Assembly: GCA_025201805.1 (NCBI GenBank)
Contig: MU619339.1
Span: 52,245 to 116,244 of the forward strand
Origin: Parasitella parasitica NRRL 2501
Lineage: Eukaryota > Fungi > Mucoromycota
DNA: 64,000 nucleotides
Direction: 5' to 3'
Position numbers and translations under genes: made by a program. The notes beneath the pieces were generated by a model. The model saw only the letters and a list, made by a program, of their open reading frames with translations. It ran no database searches and was not told where the DNA came from. Of this stretch, positions 25,512 to 38,717 are shown one piece after another (position 1 is the first letter of the stretch; each line of letters starts with the position of its first letter).

Positions 25512-28500
25512 ATTGCATATACACAATTTTCATTCGTCTTTCTTTTTTTTTTACCTTCTTGGTCGCATGTATAAATTTCAATTGTTTGATGTAATAGACT
25601 ATTCTAATTTATATTTATCCCCCTTTTCCCCCTCCCCTTACATCCTCTCTCAAGTTTACAAAATATACAAAATAATATGTGATACACTAATAAAATTTAA
25701 AAATACATATTTACAATCCATTTTTGACAGATTCATGCTTTCTAATTTGTGATACATTCTGTGCTACCCTTGTCAGACGATTACGAGCGCACAGACGCAA
25801 ACGATATCATATAGTAGTATAATGACTACATAACATGGTATCTATGTAACTATATGTCATAAATAAATGAAAAAAGCTGAAATGAAATCGTTATGTAAGA
25901 AAACATATACTGCGAATATTAATCTTTGTAGATGTTATTCTCCCAGTTTGTTCCTCCCTCACGCCCCCCCGCCCTTCTCCTTTCAGAGACCCCTTGTTTT
26001 GTTACTCTTTTGAATCACCCCCGTTTCTGACAAGTAGATCAATCAGAAACATAACAACTCATGTTTAATTGCTATTTTCTCATGTTGCATGTTATATTTT
26101 CAAAACAAAATCCAGGCCTTATCTCTAATAAATAAAGATCGTCTGTTATCTTTAATAAATGTACATTATTGATCTCTGTCTAGATTCCCCTCCCCCCAGA
26201 CCATTTTATCTGCCTCCCTATTTTTTTTTTTTTTTTTTTATTCTAGTTGATCCAGCAACTTGTTTAATATAAGGAGACGTGGCAAATCAATCAGCACGCG
26301 TGTTTTTACATATCTCTGCTATGATATTCTCTACAATGTATATACTCCTAAAAGTTCTTGACTGGGAGAGCCTTACATGTTTGCATGACAGTATACGCAT
26401 TTGAGCACTTTTTTGATACCAGATGGTTTCATGTAGATAATATGCATGCTCCCTCAGGAGATGCTTGTATGGTCTCTGGTTTGTTCAATGTAAATTTGCC
26501 TTTTATATCAATATTAGCTGTACATCAACAAGTAGACAGATTATTCAGCTTAAGGCTTGACTTTATGAAATGAAGCCCTGCTTTACAGATGCCATCTATA
26601 GCTATTCTGATTTCCTTGCCTTCTTTGTTTCATGACTAATAATAACAAGCTCTTGCCAATACATTCTCATCAACTTGTCAGCCCATTTTCATATCATCTT
26701 TCGACCCATTATTATCAAATTTAGCATTTTCAATAACAGAGATGGTTTTATTGGAATGGTAGTGAGATTCTTTCCAGGTCAATTTTTTTATCAATAAATA
26801 AGATCATATTCTTGGGGGGAGGGAAGAAAAAAAAAAGAAAAAGAAAAACTAGGGAAATCGTTCGAGTCGTTCATTTTGCGTACATTAGAGTTTTTATGAC
26901 ATTCTTAAGCTTTAATTTAGGTTAATTTGGGCATCTCCAACGTATAGAAATGATCTTTCTACATTAGTTCTAATATTTGATATATGTTTCAATGATGCTG
27001 TATTCTCACTTATTTATTAAGCATGTTAACATTGCCAAGAATCCGTAAGTAGCCTTGTGCCTATCGAAATTCCTTTTGGATTTAAGAGTATTGCCATATA
27101 TGCACCGTAGATCTCAATTTTGAAGATTTAATCTCGGCTTGGTCACTACTGTATCATTCCTGGTTAATCTAAACCATCTCAGAAAAGCTCCCAAATGCAA
27201 CACGGAAGAGTGTTTCAATTATTGAATTCCCTACTGCTACTACGACTACCACAACTACAAAACAATTCCAACTCAGCTTACTGCTGTTTCGCCTTTGGGA
27301 ATTTGGGGTCCTTGAGACATCCAGATGTACCTTTTCTGTCCTTTTCTTCAATTATTTCAAAATAATACATATTAACTATGCGTAGCTTAATAATTAATAA
27401 CTGCACAAATTTTAATGCTGGTTTCAATGGTATTATTTTCAAGTAACTTTTCTTTTCAAAATCTTTCACAAACCGCGATGTTTAAAAAGCAGTTTTTACG
27501 CAGAAAGTCTATTTTCCTAATAAATAAGACCAACTTGGACGCTTTTTATATGAAAACTACGTTAATTTTGAGTATTTTTGAGTTAGGAACGCTGTGCTAA
27601 AAATTGTGTTTTTTCATTGTTAAATGCTTGAGAAAGATTTTCCGATGAAATTCCCCTTATAGTAGCAGGGGCTCCAAAAACTAAGAAAAAAAAAGCGTCT
27701 TGAAATGTTGTAAAAATAATATTACAAGTGATAATAATGCAACTGAAGATTTAGTTTCGGACAGACTGGAGGTTCAGAAACAACTCTAAAAGTGCCAATA
27801 AAATTGTTGAAAGGTTGTAATTTTGCAAAACTACGACGAATACATGGCTTAAATGTATTGTTAGTCCCATATTTAGTTTATTGACGTAGCACTCACATGC
27901 TACAACAGTTATATGACATAAATCATAGTCAACCAGACTTTTTTTCGGTTGGTATCGTATAATAAATACAATGTACTGTACACAAAATGTTTATGTGTAG
28001 GTCTTTTTCGCTGAAACATACGGTATACGCACAGATATAAATCTTAATTTTAAAGCCATTTTTCCCTGTATATAAATTCAACTTGAAATCCTAAGAAATA
28101 AAATATACTTTGCATTGGTCTTACCGTATATCTTGGTATTTAGTTGGAAACTAAAGTAGACTTAGTGTACAATATTACACAAAAATAAAATTGACCAAAT
28201 AAAAATGCCAAAACTAGTATAATTATAATCTAACTATTGGTTGACATGTGAGTCAAACTCACAACCTAAGCCATTGTGCATAATTGTTTATTAAGCTGTC
28301 AAATCCATTCAATGATAAAATAACACAGCCATTGAAGAAAAAAAACGGACAATAGTTGTAATGTATAAATCAGCCAACTGTGTATCTGTATATAAAGGCT
28401 ATTTTGTAATAAAGAAAATGGCAAATTCCACCATTACACCGGAGATGCCGTATCAAACAATCATAATGGTAAAAAGATAACGATATTTTTTTTCTACTCC

Positions 28501-28581
28501 GGCTATATATAGAGAGCAGCTTGTCTTTGCCATCTCTTCGCTTTTTCCTGTCGTTTATTCTTTTGTCGTATACCAATATTA

Positions 28582-30564
28582 ATGTCTAATTTGTATCTAG
28601 AAAAATTGAATCAAAAGGCAGTTCATATCAATGGGGTCACCAGAAAATTCTTTGGTCAACAAGTACCAGATTACATCCACACATTACCCAGTATTAAGAA
28701 GGATGCCATCCGGTGGACATGCAACATTCTGTATTTTGGAGTGGGATTAATGTACAATTGGGCAGTCAGTGCTGTTTTGCGTCAAATGCCAAACATGCAC
28801 GAGTTTCCTTCGAACGTTGCAGGCATGATTGTTCTGTTCTTTTTGCTCATGTGCTCACATACGGCGTTCCCAAAGTTTACTGATAAACTCGTGCTATTTA
28901 TCGATCCGTATTCATCCTTTGCGCTGCGAAGTATGAACATCATGTTTGTCCCGGCCGTTGTGGGAATCGTCAACAATCCACCGACTACTGGAAACGAAGT
29001 GGGTAGAATGATTTGTGTTTTCAGTAAGTTTCGCTGTCTCTGATCTCAATCATATTCCTAATGTTTGATTTCTCTTAAAGTTGTTGCGTACGTAGTTGGA
29101 TTTGTGCTATGTACATTTATAGTGCGTGGTCTAAGGATCATTATCTTTGCCCCTTTTATATCCAAACTCAAAAAACAGAAACTTGATTATGATACATCAA
29201 CAACGCCGAACGTGGGTCGCAAAGAGAAAATTGAAATGCATAAGAATAGAACATTAGACGAAGAAGAAGTCTATGTCAATACACCAACCAATGCTCATTT
29301 GAATAGAGTTTCGTCCGTAACCACCTTTGATACTACAATTCGACCTCTTTCAGATGATGATGCAGCTTCTTGTGTAAGCACTTTGAACCATTATCCATCG
29401 GCTGTCTCTTGCAGAGGAGAGAATAGTGCGCAAACTACAGAGACAACAGCAGCCGATTGCTCCTCGTCCAACAACAACAACGCCTTCTACGAGCCATTCA
29501 ATTCTACAAGACCAAAGAAACATGGGCCTCTGCACTCTTTTGCTATTTGGTGCATGGAACAGTCAACATTTGACGATCTTACGCTATTTATCATTTTCTG
29601 TCTGTGCGCTTTTATTTTTTTGCCTCTTCCAGAAGACAATCTAGCTACGCCCTTTTTCAGATTGTTCCTGTATTTTACCATGACAATACTGCTTTATTCA
29701 GCAGCCTGTCGTTTGCCGCCTCAGATAAGGATAGTCGTCCATCCCATTATCTTGTGCTCGGCTTGCACAATGGCTGGTATCGCGTATTTCGAACGAGTCA
29801 AAGGATTTGACATCAAGCATGGCGTTAACCTCTACAAGACTGGCATCACCTTTATATCTCTTGTTGAAAAAACGAATGTGGGTTGGCCAGGTGGTGGTGA
29901 TATTTTGGGTGCAGCGATGGATGTGGCCATTATCTCTTTGGCCTTCAATGTGTACAAAAGCAGACCAAACTCGCTGCGCGAGGTAAGTTCTCTCGTATGG
30001 TTATCGTCCTAATTTATCACTGTTAACAAGACAAATTAATGCTTGTGTAGTGGATCATCGTCTTTTCCTCGATTGCACCTATGGCATTTTTAATTATGTT
30101 TGTTACCCCTTTGTTTGCTCATGGTATCGGATGTTCGCCAGCTGATAGCCTGGTCTGGGCTTCCAGATCAGTTACCACGGCGATTGGTATCGTAATTGGC
30201 AATGTACTTGGTGCTGATGGAAGTGTGGTAACTTGTATAATTGTGTTTACTGGTATCATGGGGCCCATATGTGGCCCTTACTTGTTTAAACTTGCTCGAG
30301 TTAGAGATGGTATTTATATAAGATTCTTTTTGGATTATATGGCATCCACTAACCGAATTCGTACGTTTTTCAGATGATTATATGACAATTGGCATCACAA
30401 TGGGCTGCAGCTCTCATGGTGTAGGCACGGCATATCTTATCAGTAAAAATCCAAAAGCGAGTGGCATGGCCTCGATTGCTTTTGCCGTCTTTGGTACAAT
30501 CGGCGTTATTGTTGCCTCAATACCTGCTCTCTCGGATACCATTCGACATCTTTCAGGCTATTAA
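28582..30564 (+). CDS. Fused LrgA-LrgB (CidA/CidB; PLGG1-like) membrane transporter, at least 4 exons; start uncertain
   Basis: N-terminal FPSNVAGMIVLFFLL...LRSMNIMFVPAVVGI (LrgA-like). C-terminal SRSVTTAIGI...IVFTGIMG...GITMGCSSHGVGTA (LrgB). Confidence 0.88.
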
Positions 30565-30843
30565 TCCATTTTTTTTTTTACTTTTTGTGTATGATTGAGT
30601 GTATATATTTTTGTAAATTCTTTTCCCTCCACTCTGTCTCTATAGCTCACGCATACCTGTACAAATTCACTCATTCTGCTTGATCAATTCTCAATATTAA
30701 GACTCTGCTATTAGCTATAAACTCGGTGCAAATTTCTAACCCATGCTTTTCTCATATAAACATACTACTGAAATTAATGATACGAGTTGGTTTCTCTTCA
30801 AACGTTAACTTTGTCTGGATAAAATATTTTCGACCTATTTCTC

Positions 30844-30846
<3 letters not shown>

Positions 30847-30888
<42 letters not shown>
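30847..30888. repeat. (CA)n microsatellite
   Basis: About 21 CA units between the LrgAB and RING-A 3' ends. Confidence 0.95.
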
Positions 30889-30889
<1 letters not shown>

Positions 30890-30976
30890 CTCTTTTCTCT
30901 GCATACAGCACGGCAAAGGAATTTATTTCATAATTTTTTTTCATTCCCACTTGCGGTCTAGGATGATTTCATCAAC

Positions 30977-32297
30977 TTAGATACTCATGTTTTGGATATT
31001 TTGACTCAACTTTTCAACCTGTTCAATATTGGTTGCATGAGAGGTCATCTTTGTCATCAATTCATTATTCTCCATCAAAAGATTTTCCAACTTTTCCTGA
31101 AGCTTTTCACGTGTGAAATTCTGTTTGTATTGTAATAGTATTGCGTTTCTCTTCTTGACTGTTTGCAACCTATTTGACACCGTTTGATGCGCCTGCATTA
31201 TATCTTGGTCTGGAAGTAATGCAACGAGCCGTTCGCGTTTTTCTTGCAATTGTTGATTAGACATCCATAGTATATCTCCTGATTTCTCGAGCTCTTCCAT
31301 CTTTTCATTGAAGACTGATATCTTTTGTTGGGATTCGGGGTTTTCTTCTTCAAACTTGGAAAATTGCACAACCATTTCTGCCACTTGGATCAAAACCTTG
31401 GCTTTTGACAACAGCTTTTCTGTGTCAATTTTTAATGATTTTGCTTCTTCTTGAGATTTTTCAAGTTTTGTGGTTACTGTATTTTCAAGGTTTTTCAAAT
31501 AGTAAAGCCTTTTGAGAATATCTTGATTTTCCTTGTTCCATCTAAACATAATTCTTTCACTACTTTTTTCTTCTTCCTTTGCAGTTTTTCGCTTCTTCTT
31601 TTCATTCAATAGTTCAAGATACTTTTTTTGTAAAATAACATATTGGTTCTTTATGCTATCATATTTTGATTTGAAATCTTCATTGGTGGGTGGCCTTTGA
31701 TTGTTTATAGCTGTATCGATTTGAACTTTGGGTGTTGGAGCACTAGTTATTGCCATGTCATTCACTTTTAACGAAATTAACTCTGACAGGCAACTATCTC
31801 TAGAACGCTCTAAAATATCATATTCCTTTTTAAGCTTTGCCAACGCACTATTTGCTGTCAACATGGTCTTGGTGCATTCTTCAAGCTCCAATAATAGTAT
31901 TTGGTGTTCTTGGTGCGAGGAACTTAACGTGTTTTGGGCATCAGAAAGCTCTCCTTGTAGCAATTCTAATCTTCCATGTGATTCTGTTATGTCTTTTTTC
32001 AATTTGATACATTCTAAAGTATCGCAGTTTTCATTTTGCGAGGGAAAGACTCGAATATACTCTCCTACAAGATTTGAATGGGTTATTGACCTCTTGCCAC
32101 AAAGAGGACAATTGGGATGTCCTCCGCTTTTCCATAAATCAATACTATAGAAAAATAAATAGACGATTAAGACTAAATCTTCTAGTTTCCAACATATAAT
32201 ACCAATTTTTGTCAAATATATGACCACATATAGACATTGCAACCAAAATACTGTCTTCATGCGCAACTTCCAAACATATGTTGCATACTATCTTCAT
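30977..32297 (-). CDS. RING (C3HDC3) + long coiled-coil protein, cluster copy A; exons 32203-32297 and 30977-32144; 420 aa
   Basis: MKIVCNICLEVAHEDSILVAMSICGHIFDKN-C(TG|T)-IDLWKSGGHPNCPLCGK...YIRVFPSQNE; 58-nt GT-AG intron. Confidence 0.88.
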
Positions 32298-33549
32298 TTT
32301 TGGAGTGAAAAAAGAAAATAGCGAATTGAGATTTGTTTGATATGACAAAATGGAATAAAACAGGTTATTATATGAGAGAATTCATTTATCATGGTATCCA
32401 AGTTTCACAGCAATGCATTAAATTACAAACATTAATGTTGTCAAACACCAGAATTTTGTTTTGCCTCTTCCTATTTGTGTATAAATGCATATGTTGTTAT
32501 TTACAACTCTCAACTAGAAGGAATAATAAATGCAATCAAAGAGATATATCAATAGTATTTCATCGAAAAAAAAAAACATTTTGATTTCAATTTAAAATAT
32601 ATATTAGATCAATGCCAAATGATTGCGCATGTATTGAATAACATGCTATAACTCAATAAACAGTTTTCAAAACCCAGGCGTAAATGCATAAATGCATGAT
32701 ATGCCATATACGTATATTTGACAGGATTGTGAGTCGTAAAGATAGCTCTGGAGTCAGCCATCCGCCTGAAAGTATCAAGTTTTTAATTTGATACATCTGA
32801 GCATCGTATAGTGGCTTATAACCAATAATAGACCTTACGTTTAATTGTTCTTCTTTAAACATGTGTATGCATGCACATATACAATGCGAGTGGTCAATTT
32901 TACTTGTTTATTTGAAAATGATTGTTGCTTTAGTCAATTCATATTCACATTACTTCACAGATTATTGTTGGCTATGATGTACCGTTTGAGGATAGTTAAA
33001 GGGACGTGATATTGGCTGGACCCAACGGAAGTACAGAGTGCTCTGTTTCTATGCAATTTCGAACACACATAATCCCCTTGAGGGTATAGATGGACCGTGG
33101 GATGACAGGGAAGATACTTTTACGATGAAACTCGGAGCTACAGTTTAGCTGTTCGCTTGAAAATTACCACAGCCTTTCAAGATGCATTCGTAGACAAGTG
33201 GTATAAAGATCTACACATATTTAGCAGCTCTACAAACAGATCACACAAATAGGTAGATTGATGATACGCTTGTACTATAATAGTTTTCACACAAAATCAG
33301 CACAACGCTTAACTTGTTGGAATCGTCGAAATACTATATAACGTAGGATACTTTCCTGTTTACCTGTTTACCGATGGAGCGTTTTAGAAATTTTCTGTAG
33401 GTTCATGAAGAATAATTGCCGATTACACTCCACCCGTATGAGGAGATAGTGGTAATTTTTGCGGACTCAGCACTTCAAATAGTAATGTACGCCTTATAAC
33501 ATAATCTTTTTTCAGTATCTTTTTTACTGCTTTAACTAGTTTTCTTAAC

Positions 33550-34779
33550 TCAGAGATTTATTGATTGAAAGCTTTGAACTAACTTCTCAGCTTGTTTAAC
33601 GTTGCTTGCATGAGACGCGATCGTTTTTGTTAGATCCTTGTTCTTTCTAAAAATATGGCTCAATTTCTCTGGTATTCTCTTTTGTTTGATATTATGCTTG
33701 TATTCTAACATTTGCGTGTTCTCCCTCTTTGATATTTGCAACTTTCTTTGGGCTGTTTGATACTCCTTCATCGCATCTCCATCTGGCAGTGATACGACAA
33801 GTTTGTCTAGTTCTGCTTGCAATTGTTGGTTTATTGTGCTTAATCCCTTTTCTGACTTCTCAAGCTCATCCATCTTCTTTTTGCAGGCCGATATCGTTCC
33901 TTGGAGGTTGAGCCTTTCTGCTTTTTTCAATTTTGAATGTTGTTGTACGATGTCGACCACTTGGACAGAACTCTTGAACTTTGAAAACAATTTTTCTTTC
34001 TTAATTTGCAATAAGTTCGAGTCGAATTGAGACGACTGAAGTCTTTTTGTTGCTGTATCTGCATAAGTTTTCAAAAGCTCAAAACTTTTGAGAGTATCTT
34101 GATTCAGTTTCTTCCATATCAAAACATCCTTTTTGCTAGTTCTTGTCTTTATTACCGACTTTTGTTGAATTTTACTCTTCTTTTTAACTGAATGTCTTTC
34201 GTTGCCGGATTTATCTGCTTCAATTTCAGTGGGTCTGATGTGTACTTGAGGTGCTGAAACATTAGCCGTAGTCAGACTATTTGATGTTGAAGAATTCAAC
34301 TGTTTTGAGTGATCATGTCTAGAGGGCTCTGAACCTTGATATCTTGACTTTATCGTTTCCAAAGCCTTACTTGCTGTAGACAGGGCTTTACTGCATTCTT
34401 TATGGCTGCGACGTTCGATATTTAATTCATCTCTGACATTTAGAAGCTCCAGTTTTAATGTGTCTATAGTTTTGTTAGCTTCTGCGACTGATTTTTTTAA
34501 CAAAAAACACTCTTGATGCTCAGAGTTGTCAGCAGCGAGATTGGTTGGCCGGTAAGGAGACGGCAATAGATAGGTATTTTGGCATTCAGGACATGTGTAT
34601 TCTAAACCCAAACTATTATCTATACTAAACAACACTTATGAGACCATAGTTCCTCCTCTTTTTTTAACAATAAAGACTCATTACCAGGCTTTATCAAAGA
34701 CATGCCCACATCCTGGCATTAGTATAAAGCATCTCTCCTCACTCGATTTATACACGCAGATGCCGCAAACTGCTATCAT
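33550..34779 (-). CDS. RING (C3HDC3) + coiled-coil protein, cluster copy B; exons 34685-34779 and 33550-34624; 389 aa
   Basis: MIAVCGICVYKSSEERCFILMPGCGHVFDKA-C(TG|T)-IDNSLGLEYTCPECQ; 60-nt intron. Confidence 0.87.
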
Positions 34780-35016
34780 TTGATAACGTTTGAAAAAAAA
34801 AAAAAAAGAGAGATAAGGACTACAAATAGACAATATGTTTTTCTTAAAAAGAATAGGAGAGCATCTAGCAGTCTGTCTTGGACACAAATAAAGAAAAAAA
34901 AGTACCTCCCCCCTCCGAGAGTTGGAAGATACTCCAGTTATTTGAGTATGATTTTTATATATGTCCTCACGTATGGGATTTTTTTATGTAGATATTGTAA
35001 TAAAAAAGCTACCTCT

Positions 35017-36342
35017 TTAATTGATTGAAAACCAAGGCCGCTGAGCAATTTTCAATTCTCTTAACAATTTAGCATTTTCCAAATGCAAAGTATTCTTCGT
35101 AGTTTCCAAATTGTTAGCTTTGCATTTCCAAGTCAACTCGCTAGCCTTTAAACCTCTTATTGAGATTTCGAAAACCTTGACGTTATCTTTCAGTCTGTTA
35201 ATTTCGGTAGTAGTTGATTGCCGCTGAGCATTCAAAGACTCGGTTAAAGTTTTGACTTTCTCTTTCAGATTTTGATTTTCGTTGGCGTATGGCTGCATCT
35301 TTGTTAGATTGTCGTAAGCTATCTTGAGCTTATCCTGCAGATTACGGTTATCGGCCAACCATGTCCTCTCTGCAGCCTGGAGCTTTTGATTATCAAAGTG
35401 TGTCTTATTATGTTTCTCCTGCAAAGCCCGTTTTTCGTTGATTGCAGTCTGTTTTTCCAATTTTATTTTGTTCGTGGTTGTCAACAATTTGTTTTCTCTG
35501 GTCAGTGCATCAGATAATTGCTTATATAAATCCTGCTCATTTGCCAAGATTTCTGCAGTTTGCGATTCTTGCATTTGGAGGGTAAAATCAATCAATTTTT
35601 TCTCTACAAGCTGCTCCCTGGCCAACAAATCACGATACTTTTTCTTCAATTCCAAATGCTCCTTTCGAGATGTTTGATTTGCGTGCTTATCTTCCGGTTT
35701 CGATTTGGTAGCATCTTCCGACAAGTCCTGCGATTTTAATTGCTCTCCTAATGTTTGACACAGGTTTTGAGATTTCTTGAGGTTACTGGCCAACACCTGA
35801 TTAGTCAACTTGAGTTTATCATTTTTTGTAAAGCAATCATCTTTGGCGCGTTTCAGACGGTCATTTTCCGCCTTTTGTTTACTCAATGATTTGGATGTTT
35901 TTTCCAGTGATTCTTTGGTCTTTTGAAATTTTGTCAATACGGCTTCGTGCTCTTGGCGAGAAGAAGTTAAGGCAATTTTGGTGTCTGAAAGATTTTTCTC
36001 TAGAGACTCTGATATTTGATGGGCTTTGGCAAGTTCCTTCTTTAGCTTTATGCATTCTGGAGTATCGCGGTTTTCATTTTGGGAGGGATATATTCGAACA
36101 TAGTCTGGCTTAAGGAATGAGTTGTTTAGGGGACTCTTTTTGCAAATAGGACAATCACGACATCCTCTGCTTCTAAAGTCGTCTATACTACATGGCAAAC
36201 ATAAGGTTGAGATCAAAATCTTCAAAACAAAGTAGTTTTTCAGTTACCACTCTCTATCAAAGATATGACCACATGAAGACATTGCAACTAAAGTGCTGTC
36301 TTCATGCATATCTTCCAAACATATGCTGCATATTATCCTCAT
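35017..36342 (-). CDS. RING (C3HDC3) + coiled-coil protein, cluster copy C; exons 36248-36342 and 35017-36187; 421 aa
   Basis: MRIICSICLEDMHEDSTLVAMSSCGHIFDRE-C(TG|T)-IDDFRSRGCRDCPICKK...YVRIYPSQNE; 60-nt intron. Confidence 0.88.
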
Positions 36343-36619
36343 CTTTTGAGCAAGATAACTTGAAAATAAAAGAACAAGATGGAGAAACGAGGTTCTTCAG
36401 AATATACACAAACAAAAAGCAAAACAAGTTTCCATTTTATACTAGCTTCTTAAATGTCACAAGATCACATCAGAATGATTAACTTACATGATCTCAAATT
36501 GTCAATAATCAGGAACCATTAAAGAGTTTCTTTTACATAAGCTATGTGTGATTTTCTTTGACTTCCTCTGAACGTATTGTCAGCAGCGACCTTAACATGG
36601 AAAGATATCACCACTGCTT

Positions 36620-37936
36620 TTAGTAAAAAAGAATATTTGGTTCCAAAATGAAGTGTTGTACTAGTATTGTACTACGTTTTAGAACAGGTGACCATAGCAT
36701 AAACTTGCATAACTGGAGTGTATCAGATATCATAATACTGGATAAATAAGGTCGTTTGTCCTTAAGTTTCACCAGATTCTGCAGTATTTCTAACTCACGA
36801 ATTCGGATGAGCTTGACTATTTTTCTAGCATTGAGCTGTTTTTTGAGACCATTTACTTCCATGTAAATTCGAAAATTATAATGGACTTCGTTCCTTATAA
36901 CCCTGCTAACGACCTCTTTTACACTACGACGAGAGCTCAGATGCGATAAACTTGATGATATATCCGTCTAGTATGGCGACGTTCAATGCTGATCGATCTG
37001 GATAATATTCCTGAAACACAATCTGTTGCACTGGAAGAAGTAGCAGAAAGTCTTGTTGAAGACTTCAAACAGGTTACCATTATTTAATTTAAAGAATATA
37101 ATAAGTATGGGCAGAACGAGCACTTTAATCGAGCAATTCAGTAAGATGAACTAAAAGTGCTAAAAGTAGCAACAGTATGGTATACCTCGTAGCTCTGCTT
37201 ATTTTCGTAGAACATTTAGCAGCACTTTACTTTATTACCAAGCCTCTCTACAAAATAAGTATCTTAGCACTCTTTAATTTGGGGGATTGCTTGTCAATTT
37301 TTTGGGCTTTAGTATTGATATTTTACAAGATCCTCATAATTAATGCTTCTCGAACTATCTGTTTGTGTCCAACTTGGTTTCAAGTTAATGAAAGGTACTT
37401 TTCAAATAAATAATATTATGGTATGCAGTGCTCTAGCAGTTACATGACTCTGTGGTAGTTCGATATTTATGGTTGAGGAACATGTTATAAGTATAAAGCT
37501 TCTTTTTTTTTAGGTTTGCGCCTTTTTGCAAAAAGCGAGATTTTCTCTAGTATTGCATTGTGTTTGTCTTGGAAAAAACACTTCGTCTTGAATATTTTGT
37601 CCTTACTTTGTCTCAAGCTTAAAATATCTATCAATAGTTTCTTCACTCCTTATTTTGAATCAGTCACTTGCTTTTCCAAATACTGAGGATATACGGTTTA
37701 ATGTTACTGATCTCTTGTTCTCAAGTTGGGCCATTTATTTCAATTGTCAATTCAGCAATGTCCTTTCCCTTGTTGAGCAGATCATTATGCTTATTTTTAA
37801 ATAAAGAATATCTTGCTCGAAAGCTTTGGAATTCTCGCCTTAAACTGCAATTGCTAACTGTAGAACTGTTGATAGTTGTGTTATTTAAAAGCATCGTATA
37901 ACAAAAAGGGCATTTCACTTTTCCTGCAAGATAAGA
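36620..37936 (-). pseudogene. Probable decayed RING/coiled-coil paralog
   Basis: After a TTTAG acceptor-like site: SYLAGKVKCPFCY, then K/E/L-rich frames broken by stops and frameshifts. Same strand as, and located between, copies C and D. No first exon found. Confidence 0.4.
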
Positions 37937-37965
37937 CTAAAGGTTGCGATAGATTTATATGTATC

Positions 37966-38020
37966 GTGTGCGTGTGTGTGTGTGTGCGTGTGCGCGTGTG
38001 TGTGTGTGTGTGTGTGTGTG
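37966..38020. repeat. Imperfect (TG)n microsatellite
   Basis: TG tract with CG interruptions. Confidence 0.9.
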
Positions 38021-38717
38021 TTTTTTTGCTCATTCATCAAGGAATTATTGCTTGTCAAGTACTTATGGAAGATGATTCTAAGAATTCAATTTAGTCTGAA
38101 TCATCGATCTGTAACGCAACCACATTATAATTCGGCTTTACGGGATCTCTTTGTAAATTATGGCGTTTCAGGCTACCATTGCTATATCTGCTAATTGACA
38201 TGTAAATTTAAAACGATTCTCGTTTATACAGACACTTTTCGTCTTTTGTGTCTATTTCCTAGCTACAAAACAAGAAGAACAGCATCATTCATAAAATGTA
38301 TCGATTAGGTTTGTGATTCAATTATGCTTTTTAGTGCTCAAGAGCAACCTTTATAACAGAATTATATCACCAACGCCTCAGGATAGATCAGCATTGGCAG
38401 CGGATAAAGTTATTGGTGTCTACGAATATTTTGTTTACAGATCAGGCTACATATTGATCAGGCAATGAATCAGGAAGTAGATCACGCTATTCAGTGCTGC
38501 ATTTGTAGAGTGTCATTTGGAACAGACAGCCAGCTTTGTAGGGTTGGTGACCTGTCAGCGTATATTTACTCAACAGCCATGGGATACACTCACGGGAATC
38601 ATTAAAAGGATGAAATCTCACTTTATTTATGTATGTATTATGTACGTGTATCGTGATGTAATTTATGTACTTTTCTTTTTAGCAATTAAAGAATATATCG
38701 TTACTGTACAAATTTGA

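Noticed and set aside
24219-25526. Long antisense and alternative-frame ORFs over cotH (also over ETFDH and the Nudix gene)
   Set aside because: Expected shadows of strongly biased codon usage; no independent motifs.
30977-32266. ORF-track N-termini of the cluster genes (e.g. MRMKTVFWLQ..., MKILISTL..., MRLSLNF...)
   Set aside because: These are read-through translations of intron or off-frame exon-1 sequence; the spliced RING exon gives the coherent start.
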